Source: a virus
Strand: one strand, 5' to 3'
IMG/VR virus record: IMGVR_UViG_3300043468_000422
Length of the DNA stretch: 39,792 nt
Shown here: positions 1 to 7,913 of the stretch, one piece after another
Layout: every line of letters starts with the position of its first letter
How positions within the stretch are numbered: the stretch's first letter is position 1
Translations under genes and position numbers: made by a program
Notes under the pieces: generated by a model
The model's input: the letters and a program-made list of their open reading frames with translations, nothing else
What the model was told of the DNA's origin: nothing
The model's database searches: none

Positions 1-127
1 TTGCAAGTTGTCCAAGCGACTTTTGCAACTGCTACTGCATCAACTTCTACAAGTTATGTAACATCGGGTTTAAGTGCATCTATTACGCCTTCTTCAAATA
101 CTTCTAAAGTTTTGGTTATGGTCACAA
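1..127. repeat. Exact copy of 39666..39792 (circularisation / assembly overlap)
   Basis: Base-by-base comparison by eye shows the two 127-nt stretches are identical, and the fibre gene frame is continuous across the junction. Confidence 0.95.
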
Positions 128-408
128 TGCCAGCAAGAACAGAAAATTCTACTGGCGGTATTTATTGCACACTTTTTAGAGGCACAGTTGCAGGAACAAA
201 CTTTTTTGGCGCGCCAGGTTTTGGGAGTGTTTACACAAGCGCATCAAACGACACTCAAGCAGGCTTATCTGTAAATTATTTGGACAGTCCAGCGACAACT
301 TCGGCTACTACTTATACGGTGGGATTTAAGTCAACCGCAGGACAAAACGCAGTTTGTCAAGTAGGTGGCGCGACTAGCAGTATCACGCTTATGGAGATTT
401 CAGCATGA
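1..408 (+). CDS. Receptor-binding / tail-fibre protein paralog 3, C-terminal part (5' part at 39501..39792; the gene spans the circular junction)
   Basis: The ORF is open at the window start. It is in frame with ATG 39501 read through the 127-nt overlap (39666-39501=165). The combined ~190-aa protein aligns end to end with the 37847..38416 product (FRGTVAGTN, LDSP, ITLMEISA terminus). Confidence 0.8.
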   Translation: MQVVQATFATATASTSTSYVTSGLSASITPSSNTSKVLVMVTMPARTENSTGGIYCTLFRGTVAGTNFFGAPGFGSVYTSASNDTQAGLSVNYLDSPATTSATTYTVGFKSTAGQNAVCQVGGATSSITLMEISA

Positions 409-653
409 CCGACTATGTAGCAGTTTTGACACGCCGTTACGCTGGCAAAGAATGGTGGATTTCTGGCAACGACTACGCAACACTTGAATGGTTGAGCGAT
501 GGTGCTAAGCCAAGCAAGTCTGTTCTTGATGGTTTGTGGGCATCGGTTCAACAAGACATCGCTGACGAAGCAGCAGCAAAAGTTGCTACACGACAGGCAG
601 TTCTCGACAAGTTAGGTTTGACAGCCGATGAGGTCACAGCACTTCTCGGCTAA
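405..653 (+). CDS. Small fibre-associated protein (possible fibre assembly/chaperone), paralog of 38413..38661 and 39301..39501
   Basis: ATGA overlap with the upstream fibre gene. The 82-aa product is about three quarters identical by eye to the 38413..38661 product. It shares a C-terminal LD+LG(L/I)TADE motif with both paralogs. Confidence 0.75.
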   Translation: MTDYVAVLTRRYAGKEWWISGNDYATLEWLSDGAKPSKSVLDGLWASVQQDIADEAAAKVATRQAVLDKLGLTADEVTALLG

Positions 654-2106
654 CCGTTGGCTGATATTTGCGCCAGTAGCAATACTCGCACTGTTCGCAC
701 AACCCGCCAAAGCAGACGTTACAGGAGACTGGACATACAGCCAATCGCAAGCATGCAACGGTTCTGTTGAAGTAGTTGGTACTTCGATTACCCTTCACGG
801 ACCTGACTACGGTGGTTGCAGCGGTCAAGCGCATTGGGTGAAAATTGAAACCACAATCCCTGCGGATGTGGACACAATAGATTTCACTTGGACATACCAA
901 ACCAACGATGGCTGGTCATACGACCCACCACAGTACGGTATCAATGGGGTTTACACGTTGATTACGCAACAAAACAATGCGACAGGTTCAATGTCAATAC
1001 CTGTTCAAGAGGGTGACATCTTTACGTTTCGTCAGTACTCCACAGACTCTTGCTGCCAGCCAGGGCATTTAACTATCAGCAATCTTTCTCTTTGGGATGG
1101 ATTAACAACCACTACAACCACGGTTCCAAATACCACTATCCCAGATACGACTACCACTATTCAGGAGACAACAACCTCATGGGAATCCACAACAACATCC
1201 ACGACTACAACGACGACCACTTCTACTATTGCACCCTCTACGACTGTGGATGTGCCACCAAACTTGACTACTACGACACTTCAAACAATCGCCACAATCC
1301 CAGTAGAGCCAACAATGCCAGAGCCGCCAGCAACGGTTCCTCTGCCACAAATAGAGCCGCCAGCCATGCCAGAGATACCACCCCTCGTACTACCAGAGAT
1401 TGAAACATATCCACCAGAAACATTAAATCTCCCACCCGACGTTGTGGACACAATGCCTTACCCTGTGGACACATACCCTACTGTTTATCCACCCGATACG
1501 CTACCGTTTGTCGGGCTACTACCAGAGCCTCCAGACACCATGCCTCTGCCACCAGACACCATGCCTCTGCCACCAGACATGCCACTAGACGCACCAGAAC
1601 CCCCTCTAATGCCCCCAATGGAACTTATTGAGGAATTACCACCTGAACTCGTAGAAGCCCTCCTAGACGCTGGCGACACAGACATCCCCCTCACCGAAGA
1701 ACAGTTCGACACCGTTGTGGACACAATCGAAAACCTAGCCCCCGAAGAAGCAGTAGCACTCATCACTCAAATCCTTGCCACCGCAGTAACAGCCGACCAA
1801 GCCGAAGCCCTCGCCTCTAACCCTGAAGTGTTGGCTGTCATCACCGAAGAACAAGCCACAGAAATCTTTGAAACCATCGAAGTCCAACAACTAGATACGA
1901 CACAGATAGCCGAACTTACAGCAGCAATCCAAGACGCACCCCTCGCAGTCCAAGAAGTATTTGAACAAACCATAGACATCTTCGGCGGATTCGACGACTA
2001 CGTACCAACAGGCTCCAATATCCCTGTAGGAGAACGACGAACCCTCATCGCCATCGCAGCAGGGACAACCCTCACAGCAGCAGGTACTAGAATGAGACGA
2101 CCATGA
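628..2106 (+). CDS. Secreted Thr/Pro-rich (mucin-like) protein with a C-terminal hydrophobic anchor
   Basis: Signal-peptide-like N-terminus MRSQHFSANRWLIFAPVAILALFAQPAKA/DV. This is followed by a Cys-containing globular region of ~150 aa, poly-Thr tracts, Pro-rich PPDTMPL repeats and an acidic helical region. The C-terminus reads VPTGS...TLIAIAAGTTLTAAGT-RMRRP. Confidence 0.8.
   Translation: MRSQHFSANRWLIFAPVAILALFAQPAKADVTGDWTYSQSQACNGSVEVVGTSITLHGPDYGGCSGQAHWVKIETTIPADVDTIDFTWTYQTNDGWSYDPPQYGINGVYTLITQQNNATGSMSIPVQEGDIFTFRQYSTDSCCQPGHLTISNLSLWDGLTTTTTTVPNTTIPDTTTTIQETTTSWESTTTSTTTTTTTSTIAPSTTVDVPPNLTTTTLQTIATIPVEPTMPEPPATVPLPQIEPPAMPEIPPLVLPEIETYPPETLNLPPDVVDTMPYPVDTYPTVYPPDTLPFVGLLPEPPDTMPLPPDTMPLPPDMPLDAPEPPLMPPMELIEELPPELVEALLDAGDTDIPLTEEQFDTVVDTIENLAPEEAVALITQILATAVTADQAEALASNPEVLAVITEEQATEIFETIEVQQLDTTQIAELTAAIQDAPLAVQEVFEQTIDIFGGFDDYVPTGSNIPVGERRTLIAIAAGTTLTAAGTRMRRP
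1531..1572 (+). repeat. 21-nt tandem repeat (two exact copies plus a partial third) encoding PPDTMPL
   Basis: ccagacaccatgcctctgcca occurs at 1531..1551 and again at 1552..1572, followed by the degenerate ccagacatgcca. Confidence 0.9.
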
Positions 2107-2270
2107 AACGCCTCGCCAACCTCATCAAAGACAACGCATGGACCTACGCAGGCACAGGTCTAGTTCTCATAACCCTCTCGGGTCCTACCTTAAGACAGGC
2201 TATATGGGTGGTTGGTGTATCATTAGTGTTACACGCAGCATTAACTCTCAGCACAAAGGAATCAGAATGA
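2103..2270 (+). CDS. 55-aa two-TM membrane protein (holin-like)
   Basis: ATGA overlaps at both ends (2103 and 2267). My translation is MKRLANLIKDNAWTYAGTGLVLITLSGPTLRQAIWVVGVSLVLHAALTLSTKESE, with two hydrophobic segments. It is below the 60-aa cutoff of the ORF track. Confidence 0.5.
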   Translation: MKRLANLIKDNAWTYAGTGLVLITLSGPTLRQAIWVVGVSLVLHAALTLSTKESE

Positions 2271-2503
2271 AAAAAGCACAAGACATCGCAGGTCGTATCG
2301 TGGCAGTATTCCTGTCCTCAGCGTTGGCTATCGTCGGCGGTAGTGCTGTAATTGCCCCTGAACTAGAAATTTGGAAGTCGGCTGTGCTTGCTGGTTTTGC
2401 TGCATGTGCAACAGTGGTACAGAAACTTGCTCAGGCTTCGCTTGATGGCAAACTTACAATGGAAGAAATCAACAGCGCGTTCGGCGCAAAATCTGAAAAG
2501 TAA
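2267..2503 (+). CDS. 78-aa membrane protein, putative holin
   Basis: Internal ATG of ORF 2138..2503, coupled to the upstream stop. It has two hydrophobic segments and a charged C-terminus, and lies directly upstream of the endolysin. Confidence 0.55.
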   Translation: MKKAQDIAGRIVAVFLSSALAIVGGSAVIAPELEIWKSAVLAGFAACATVVQKLAQASLDGKLTMEEINSAFGAKSEK

Positions 2504-2508
2504 TTTCA

Positions 2509-3036
2509 GTGGCATACCCTGTTGTACCAGTAAAACTTTGTGCGCACCTTAAAGGTGCTGTGCCTGGAAAATTGGCTGCAGATAAACTACGCAAAACTAT
2601 AGGTGGAACGTTGCATCATTGTGCTGCTGATGCTTGGGAAGCAATGGTAGATGCCGCAGAAAAAGACGGTATCAAACTGACTCCGACGAGTAGCGGTGAC
2701 ACATATCGAGATTACGAAACCCAAAAACGGGGCTTCCTCACACGCTACCAAGTGGAACCAATCGTAGGTCAAAGCACCAAAACGTTTGAAGGTAAGAAGT
2801 GGTATCTCAAAAAAGGTATGGCGATGTTGGCAACACCAGGAAAAAGCCAACACAACCTCGGTATCGCAGTCGATGTGTCCACAGCATCAGGCCCTAGACT
2901 TGCATGGATGCTCGCCAACGAACACCTCTACGGCTTCTCACACGAAGTTCAGTCAGAGCCGTGGCACATCCGCTACACCCAAGGAAACCAAGTCCCACCT
3001 GCGGTTGCAGCACATCTAGCTGCGAAAGCCGTATGA
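2509..3036 (+). CDS. Endolysin, peptidase M15 (VanY / D-Ala-D-Ala carboxypeptidase-like zinc peptidase)
   Basis: GTG start. It has the SQHNLGIAVD (H-x6-D metal site) and EPWHIRY motifs typical of M15 cell-wall peptidases, and sits next to holin-like genes. Confidence 0.8.
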   Translation: MAYPVVPVKLCAHLKGAVPGKLAADKLRKTIGGTLHHCAADAWEAMVDAAEKDGIKLTPTSSGDTYRDYETQKRGFLTRYQVEPIVGQSTKTFEGKKWYLKKGMAMLATPGKSQHNLGIAVDVSTASGPRLAWMLANEHLYGFSHEVQSEPWHIRYTQGNQVPPAVAAHLAAKAV

Positions 3037-3037
3037 C

Positions 3038-3244
3038 ATGGATGCTGTTTGGGCTGCTGTCGTTACTGGTAGTTTTGGTCTGCTAGCAATCATTATTGCC
3101 AAACTAGGCAAAGAAAACCATGCAGACCACCAAGTGGTACAAGGCATCCTGCGCACCATGCACAAATCTTTGAACCGGACAGAAGACAAAGTAGACAGAA
3201 TTGACAGTGCGCTCACAGACCATGTAAGGTCCAAGCACAACTAA
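3038..3244 (+). CDS. 68-aa membrane protein (N-terminal TM plus charged helix), possible lysis accessory
   Basis: Starts 2 nt after the endolysin stop. The N-terminal segment AVWAAVVTGSFGLLAIIIA is hydrophobic. Confidence 0.6.
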   Translation: MDAVWAAVVTGSFGLLAIIIAKLGKENHADHQVVQGILRTMHKSLNRTEDKVDRIDSALTDHVRSKHN

Positions 3245-3266
3245 ACCGATTGAAAGGTGCTTGCAA

Positions 3267-3461
3267 ATGGCGAGGGGATTCACTACCGTTGAACTCATGC
3301 TCATCCGTGACAGTTTGCTGAAGGTCACACCTTCACGAAACCAAGCTGACGAACTGTGGGAAATCATAGAAAAACTTACCAAAACAATCGAGGGGGCAAA
3401 CGTTGAGTACGCCAAAAAAGTCCGTGAAGCCAAGTCTGATGGAAGAAATAAAAAACAGTAA
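3267..3461 (+). CDS. Hypothetical small protein
   Basis: ATG 3267 is preceded by aaaggtg with ~7 nt spacing. The TTG at 3261 listed in the track is less likely to be the start. Confidence 0.55.
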   Translation: MARGFTTVELMLIRDSLLKVTPSRNQADELWEIIEKLTKTIEGANVEYAKKVREAKSDGRNKKQ

Positions 3462-3669
3462 ATCCGTTAGCGGTCGAATCCCGATGCTTTTGCAGATCAT
3501 CAACAAACTAGACACCCAAGACAAAGCCGATCTTGTCAACGCATTAAACGACTACACTATTTCTGCACCGGCAATTAGTCGGGCTTTAGAAAACCGTGGT
3601 CATCGGATCAGTGTTGGTTCGATTAACTCTTATCGCAGAGGAGAACTGATACATGTCACTGGCGGATGA
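3439..3669 (+). CDS. Small helix-turn-helix DNA-binding protein
   Basis: HTH-like stretch ISAPAISRALENRGHRISVGSINSYRRG. The start is uncertain (ATG 3439 or 3484). Confidence 0.5.
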   Translation: MEEIKNSKSVSGRIPMLLQIINKLDTQDKADLVNALNDYTISAPAISRALENRGHRISVGSINSYRRGELIHVTGG

Positions 3670-4639
3670 TTTACGGAAAGTAACTGCACCAGCATGGCCG
3701 ATCATTAAACAAGGCAAACAGTATCGTGTCCCGAAACTCTCACCTAGCGTGGTGTCAACAAACAAATATCAAACAGCAATCATCTTGCCAGACATGCAGC
3801 TCGGCTACTTCCATGCAGGCAACGAAGCGTTAGAACCAATCCACGATGAGCAAGCTATCGAGGTTGCGTTACGAATCGTTAAAGCATCTAAGCCAAATCA
3901 AATCATTTTGGTTGGTGACAACCTAGACCTGTGCGAGTTTGGTAAGTACCGTTACACGCCAGCGTTTGCGCGCACCACACAAGCAGCAATCGACCGTGCC
4001 ACAGAACTTTGCGCCCAACTACGCACGATTGCACCACAAGCCAAAATCATTTGGATTGCAGGCAACCACGAAGAACGCCTCGGCAACTATGTGCTGGACT
4101 CAGCAGCAGCAGCATTCGGGCTACGCCGAGGCAAAGTCCCGCACGAATGGCCTGTCATGTCTGTCCCATACCTGTGTCGTTTAGATGAGTCCGAGGTGAC
4201 GTATCTGAGTGGATACCCGACAGGTGCGCATTGGATCAACGAACGCTTGCACGTTATTCACGGCGACAAGGTTGCTTCCGGCGGTTCCACAGCACACAAA
4301 TATTTGTCAACAGTAAAAACCTCTGTCATCTTCGGACATATCCACAGGCGCGAATGGGCTGAACGAACCCGTGATGATCACGACGGGGCAAGAACTATCT
4401 TGGCTGTATCACCTGGCTGTTTAGCGCGTACTGATGGGGCTGTGCCTTCGACTAGGGGTGGGCATGACTTGGATGGTCGCCCGTTGTACCGTTCAGAAGA
4501 CTGGCAACAAGGTGTAGCTGTGGTGGAGTATGAACCTGGTGACGGTAATTTTAATTTAGAGTTAGTGCCAATCAGGGATGGTTGGGCTAGGTGGCGTGGC
4601 GTAGATTATTTATCAAACAACCCGAAGGGAAACAAATGA
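3653..4639 (+). CDS. Calcineurin-like metallophosphoesterase
   Basis: Ordered motifs LPDMQ, VGDNLD, AGNHE, VIHGD and FGHIHR. RBS ggagaa lies 7 nt upstream. Confidence 0.85.
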   Translation: MSLADDLRKVTAPAWPIIKQGKQYRVPKLSPSVVSTNKYQTAIILPDMQLGYFHAGNEALEPIHDEQAIEVALRIVKASKPNQIILVGDNLDLCEFGKYRYTPAFARTTQAAIDRATELCAQLRTIAPQAKIIWIAGNHEERLGNYVLDSAAAAFGLRRGKVPHEWPVMSVPYLCRLDESEVTYLSGYPTGAHWINERLHVIHGDKVASGGSTAHKYLSTVKTSVIFGHIHRREWAERTRDDHDGARTILAVSPGCLARTDGAVPSTRGGHDLDGRPLYRSEDWQQGVAVVEYEPGDGNFNLELVPIRDGWARWRGVDYLSNNPKGNK

Positions 4640-4779
4640 GTTCAATGAAAGAGATGCTATATCAGCGTGAAACAGCAGCGTTTATGATCGCTGAACGTAT
4701 GGAAGAAATACAAAAGTTGAGGTCAGAGATTGAGCGTTTGCGTCAACAGATTCGTGATGTGAGAGCGAGCCTTGTATGA
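4636..4779 (+). CDS. Small coiled-coil protein
   Basis: ATGA overlap with the phosphoesterase stop. Heptad-like EEIQKLRSEIERLRQQIRDVR. Confidence 0.55.
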   Translation: MSSMKEMLYQRETAAFMIAERMEEIQKLRSEIERLRQQIRDVRASLV

Positions 4780-4952
4780 GACTGTTCAATGTTGGTGACA
4801 GGGTAATCATTGATGACGAGTCAGGGACAATCGAATCTGTGATTGTTGACGGACAGCAAACCAAATATGATGTGCGCTACGGCCAAACCTTTATGCTTGC
4901 TGTTGATGTACCCGAAGACGAGATTGAACCGTGGATGCCAGACGAACAATGA
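4776..4952 (+). CDS. 58-aa hypothetical protein
   Basis: ATGA overlaps at both ends. My translation is MRLFNVGDRVIIDDESGTIESVIVDGQQTKYDVRYGQTFMLAVDVPEDEIEPWMPDEQ. It is below the ORF-track cutoff. Confidence 0.5.
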   Translation: MRLFNVGDRVIIDDESGTIESVIVDGQQTKYDVRYGQTFMLAVDVPEDEIEPWMPDEQ

Positions 4953-5122
4953 TTTACCAAGTTAAATGCAACGCTTGTAAAGGTGTGATCGTTCACGACC
5001 CGAAGAACGTGACCGGCTGTTTGTGCGACTCGGATGCCCCGACATGGTGCGGTATCGGCAAAGATGGCAGGCTCATACATTATTCACAATCCGATATGTC
5101 CGTGATTGAATACCCAGAATGA
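4949..5122 (+). CDS. Small Cys-rich (zinc-ribbon-like) protein
   Basis: Internal ATG coupled to the upstream stop. Cys pattern CNAC...CLC...C. Confidence 0.55.
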   Translation: MIYQVKCNACKGVIVHDPKNVTGCLCDSDAPTWCGIGKDGRLIHYSQSDMSVIEYPE

Positions 5123-5217
5123 CTATGTTCGGTCGTCGTAACAACCCTTGCCCGTGCAAGACACCCCTACCACAACAACCGTTCTGCGGTGATCGAGGCG
5201 TAGAAGATGACGACTAA
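5119..5217 (+). CDS. Possible 32-aa peptide
   Basis: Supported only by an ATGA overlap with the upstream stop. It overlaps the next gene by 11 nt, so support is weak. Confidence 0.25.
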   Translation: MTMFGRRNNPCPCKTPLPQQPFCGDRGVEDDD

Positions 5218-5476
5218 AACCATTGTTGAAATAACTTGGGCTGACACACATTCCGGTGGCATCGGTTGGACACCAATCAGCGACATAGACCAAGCCGAAT
5301 ACATCATCACCTCTTGCGGATACCTTCTATCGATAGGTGATGGCGGTAAAGAAAACCATGTCACCCTGTACCAGTCACGCACAGAAGACGACGACCTGGA
5401 TCACATCCTTCACATACCTGTAGCGATGATCCGAAACATTAAAGCTATTGATATTCCCTATATCGCAAAGACTTGA
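5207..5476 (+). CDS. Hypothetical protein
   Basis: 89-aa ORF with non-repetitive composition that fills a gap between neighbouring genes. Confidence 0.6.
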   Translation: MTTKTIVEITWADTHSGGIGWTPISDIDQAEYIITSCGYLLSIGDGGKENHVTLYQSRTEDDDLDHILHIPVAMIRNIKAIDIPYIAKT

Positions 5477-5501
5477 CATTACTCTGCAACACCCCTAGAG
5501 T
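5473..5501 (+). promoter_or_regulatory. Sigma-70/SigA-type promoter ahead of the recombination module
   Basis: TTGACA at 5473..5478, a 17-nt spacer, and TAGAGT (TANNNT) at 5496..5501. It is followed by aaggaga and ATG 5531. Confidence 0.5.
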
Positions 5502-5530
5502 AAACCTAACTGCAACGACAAGGAGAAATC

Positions 5531-6478
5531 ATGCAGAAAAGATACACAATCCCGAAACCGCCACACGGCAGCCAAGAATGGTTGAACGCACGATGGCAAA
5601 ACCATGAAGGACAAACACGGATCACAGCATCCGTAGCAGCCGTAGTACACAACGAACACCGGTTCACCACACCAGCAGACCTCGCAGTAGAACTCTTGGC
5701 CAAGACACCCCCCGTGCCAAAAGAACAAAACGATGCGATGCGTCGAGGAACAATCCTTGAAGGACCACTCATGTCGTGGGCATCAGAGATACTGAACGCA
5801 ACCATCACGGAACCACAAGATTTGTACTGCTACGAAGAAGAAGGTGTACGTCTGATGGCAACATTGGATGGCAAAGATTTGTCAGGAAAAATCTATGAAC
5901 TGAAAACCTATAACAAAAGGTGGAACGGTCAACTCCCCCCATATTGGAAATGGCAAGGAGTACAACAAGCGATCTGCGCTGATGCAAACGAAATCATATG
6001 GATCGTTTTTGACTCCGATCTTCAACTGCAATTCCATACACAAACCGTCACATCCGACGAACGCCAACAACACATAGACGCAGTACGCAAATTCTTGGGG
6101 TTCATCGACATGGGGATGATGCCGGAAGGTGCTGACCCCACCTACGACAATGCTTCGGCTTTGTACCCCGAAGGATATGAGAACACTGTTGTCTTGGGCC
6201 ATGAGGTATACAACACTTTAGAGCGTTTGTCTATTGCTAAAGAGCAAATCAAATCTGCTGAAGCAGTACGCGACCAGCTGCAAGGCGAGTTGGGGATGAT
6301 GCTCGGTGACGCAGAGTACGGATCAATTGACGGGGTGCAGGTCGTATCGTGGAAGAACTCGTCACGTACATCATTTGATGCTAAACAGTTTGAGAAAGAA
6401 CATCCAGCATTACACGCAAAGTTTAAGAAAACATCAACCTTCCGCACTATGCGGATCACAGCAAAGGAAAGCAAATGA
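5531..6478 (+). CDS. YqaJ-type (lambda Exo/RecE-like) recombination exonuclease
   Basis: GSQEWLNAR...ITASVAAVV...RRGTILEGP...ATLDG...YELKT matches the PD-(D/E)XK YqaJ pattern. An annealase gene follows it. Confidence 0.8.
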   Translation: MQKRYTIPKPPHGSQEWLNARWQNHEGQTRITASVAAVVHNEHRFTTPADLAVELLAKTPPVPKEQNDAMRRGTILEGPLMSWASEILNATITEPQDLYCYEEEGVRLMATLDGKDLSGKIYELKTYNKRWNGQLPPYWKWQGVQQAICADANEIIWIVFDSDLQLQFHTQTVTSDERQQHIDAVRKFLGFIDMGMMPEGADPTYDNASALYPEGYENTVVLGHEVYNTLERLSIAKEQIKSAEAVRDQLQGELGMMLGDAEYGSIDGVQVVSWKNSSRTSFDAKQFEKEHPALHAKFKKTSTFRTMRITAKESK

Positions 6479-7440
6479 AACTGGAAGAAATCATTGGCAA
6501 GTATGGTGTCCCCGATCCAAAGATTGTAGGGAAACTACCCAAAGCAGGAATGCAACTTGACTTCGTAGGTCACGCAGATGTCACCAAAATGTTGATCGAG
6601 ATTGACCCTGAGTGGACTTGGGAACCAACCGCGTTTGACACCAACGGTCTACCTGCGTACCGTGTTGAGAACGGCATGGCACACATGGCAGGCTGGCTCA
6701 CCGTGCAAGGTGTGCGCCGACTCGGTATCGGCTCAGTCATGCACAACAAACCTGACCTGCTCAAAGAACTCATCTCAGACTTTATTCGTAACTCGGCTAT
6801 GCGATTCGGTATCTGCCTAGCGTTGTGGACTAAGCAAGAATGGGAAGATGTATCCCACGGCACAACCAAACCGATGCCTAAAGCTGCACCAACACCCCAG
6901 GCACAACCTGTAGTACTTGCCAGCAACCCACCAGTATCAGCAGACAACATTGAACGGTTCAAAGGTGCATGTGCTGAAGCAGCATTAGATTGGCGCGAAA
7001 TTGCCAACAGTGCTGGTGTCAACCTAGACAACCTGCATGAATCCGATATGGATTTGTTACGTGCCGCATATGCCACAGCCAAAAAAGCGTTGTACGCACC
7101 GAAACCTACTGTCGAACCTGAAGTGATGGATGACTTCAACCCTGCATACAACACCGAGGAAGCATTGGCCACAGTGGTTGACCTGTTTGTGGGTGCAGAA
7201 GTTATCGAGCCATCACGGAGCAACCATCCTGCCAATGGCACACCACAAATCAAAGAACCAAACGCATCAGCCACACCGCCACAGTTGGGCAAACTTCGTG
7301 CGTTATGCAGTGGTGCAGGCATCAACAGTAAAGAAGACCAGCTTTCAATGGCATCAGACCACACGAAACGAACCATCACATCGTTCAATGATCTAACCAA
7401 AAAAGAAGCATCAGAACTCATCAGCATCCTCGCCCCGTGA
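6475..7440 (+). CDS. Rad52-like (Sak-type) single-strand annealing protein with a C-terminal extension
   Basis: ATGA coupling to the exonuclease. LDFVGHADVTKMLIEIDPEWTWE and ISDFIRNSAMRFGICLALW resemble the Rad52/Sak core. The assignment is by pattern only. Confidence 0.7.
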   Translation: MKLEEIIGKYGVPDPKIVGKLPKAGMQLDFVGHADVTKMLIEIDPEWTWEPTAFDTNGLPAYRVENGMAHMAGWLTVQGVRRLGIGSVMHNKPDLLKELISDFIRNSAMRFGICLALWTKQEWEDVSHGTTKPMPKAAPTPQAQPVVLASNPPVSADNIERFKGACAEAALDWREIANSAGVNLDNLHESDMDLLRAAYATAKKALYAPKPTVEPEVMDDFNPAYNTEEALATVVDLFVGAEVIEPSRSNHPANGTPQIKEPNASATPPQLGKLRALCSGAGINSKEDQLSMASDHTKRTITSFNDLTKKEASELISILAP

Positions 7441-7772
7441 GCAAAAACAAATCCAAAGGCACAGCCTTCGAGACACTCATCGTTGACTATCTGAAACAGT
7501 TTTATCCGAACTGTGAACGACGCGCCCTACAAGGTGCGCTTGACAAAGGTGACATCACAGGTGTAGACAACCGCCTGGTCTTTGAATGCAAATCCCACAA
7601 CACCCTCAACTTCTCTGGCTGGCTAAAAGAAGCCGAAACAGAACGGATAAACGCCAACGCAGAAGTTGGGGTTGTGGTTGCCAAACGTCGAGGCTATGGT
7701 AAAGCCGAAGATCAGTACGTGGTACTCACCGTAAAAGATTTGATCAAGCTGTTAAACATTACTGAATACTGA
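7437..7772 (+). CDS. Hjc-type PD-(D/E)XK Holliday junction resolvase
   Basis: GTGA overlap. KGTAFETLIVDYLK...DKGDITG...LVFECKSH matches the archaeal-type resolvase pattern. Confidence 0.75.
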   Translation: MSKNKSKGTAFETLIVDYLKQFYPNCERRALQGALDKGDITGVDNRLVFECKSHNTLNFSGWLKEAETERINANAEVGVVVAKRRGYGKAEDQYVVLTVKDLIKLLNITEY

Positions 7773-7824
7773 TGTAACAACAACATAAAGGGTACGCTCC
7801 CTCATAACCGGCGCGTGTAGTTGT

Positions 7825-7859
7825 CCCCTAGCCATTGTCTGATCGCGGTGGACTAGGGG
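7825..7859 (+). terminator. GC hairpin without a U-tract (candidate I-shaped terminator)
   Basis: cccctagcca pairs with tgg(a)ctagggg: 10 bp with one bulge and a 14-nt loop. It lies 53 nt after the resolvase stop. Confidence 0.35.
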
Positions 7860-7893
7860 TAAAACCCTTTACCTGTAAGGAACCCGACCTTTT

Positions 7894-7902
7894 TGCTATG
7901 AT
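7894..7902 (+). promoter_or_regulatory. Extended -10 element TGcTATGAT
   Basis: Exact TGnTATGAT lying 12 nt upstream of ATG 7914, with a weak -35. It would produce a nearly leaderless mRNA. Confidence 0.3.
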
Positions 7903-7913
7903 TGGAGACACTA

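Noticed and set aside
2138-2266. N-terminal 43 codons of ORF 2138..2503 (MDLRRHRSSSHNPLG...).
   Set aside because: This stretch overlaps the better-supported coupled 55-aa membrane protein gene in another frame. The internal ATG 2267 has an ATGA coupling and begins the hydrophobic protein.
6570-7427. Long minus-strand ORF (285 aa). Similar minus-strand ORFs occur at 21002..21493, 33604..34092, 36566..37012, 10197..10469 and 634..900, among others.
   Set aside because: Each lies entirely antisense to a longer + strand gene with recognisable motifs or tight operon coupling. Their products are low-complexity (Ser/Ala/Arg-rich), they lack ribosome-binding sites, and they would break an otherwise uniform one-strand architecture. 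I treat them as shadow ORFs.
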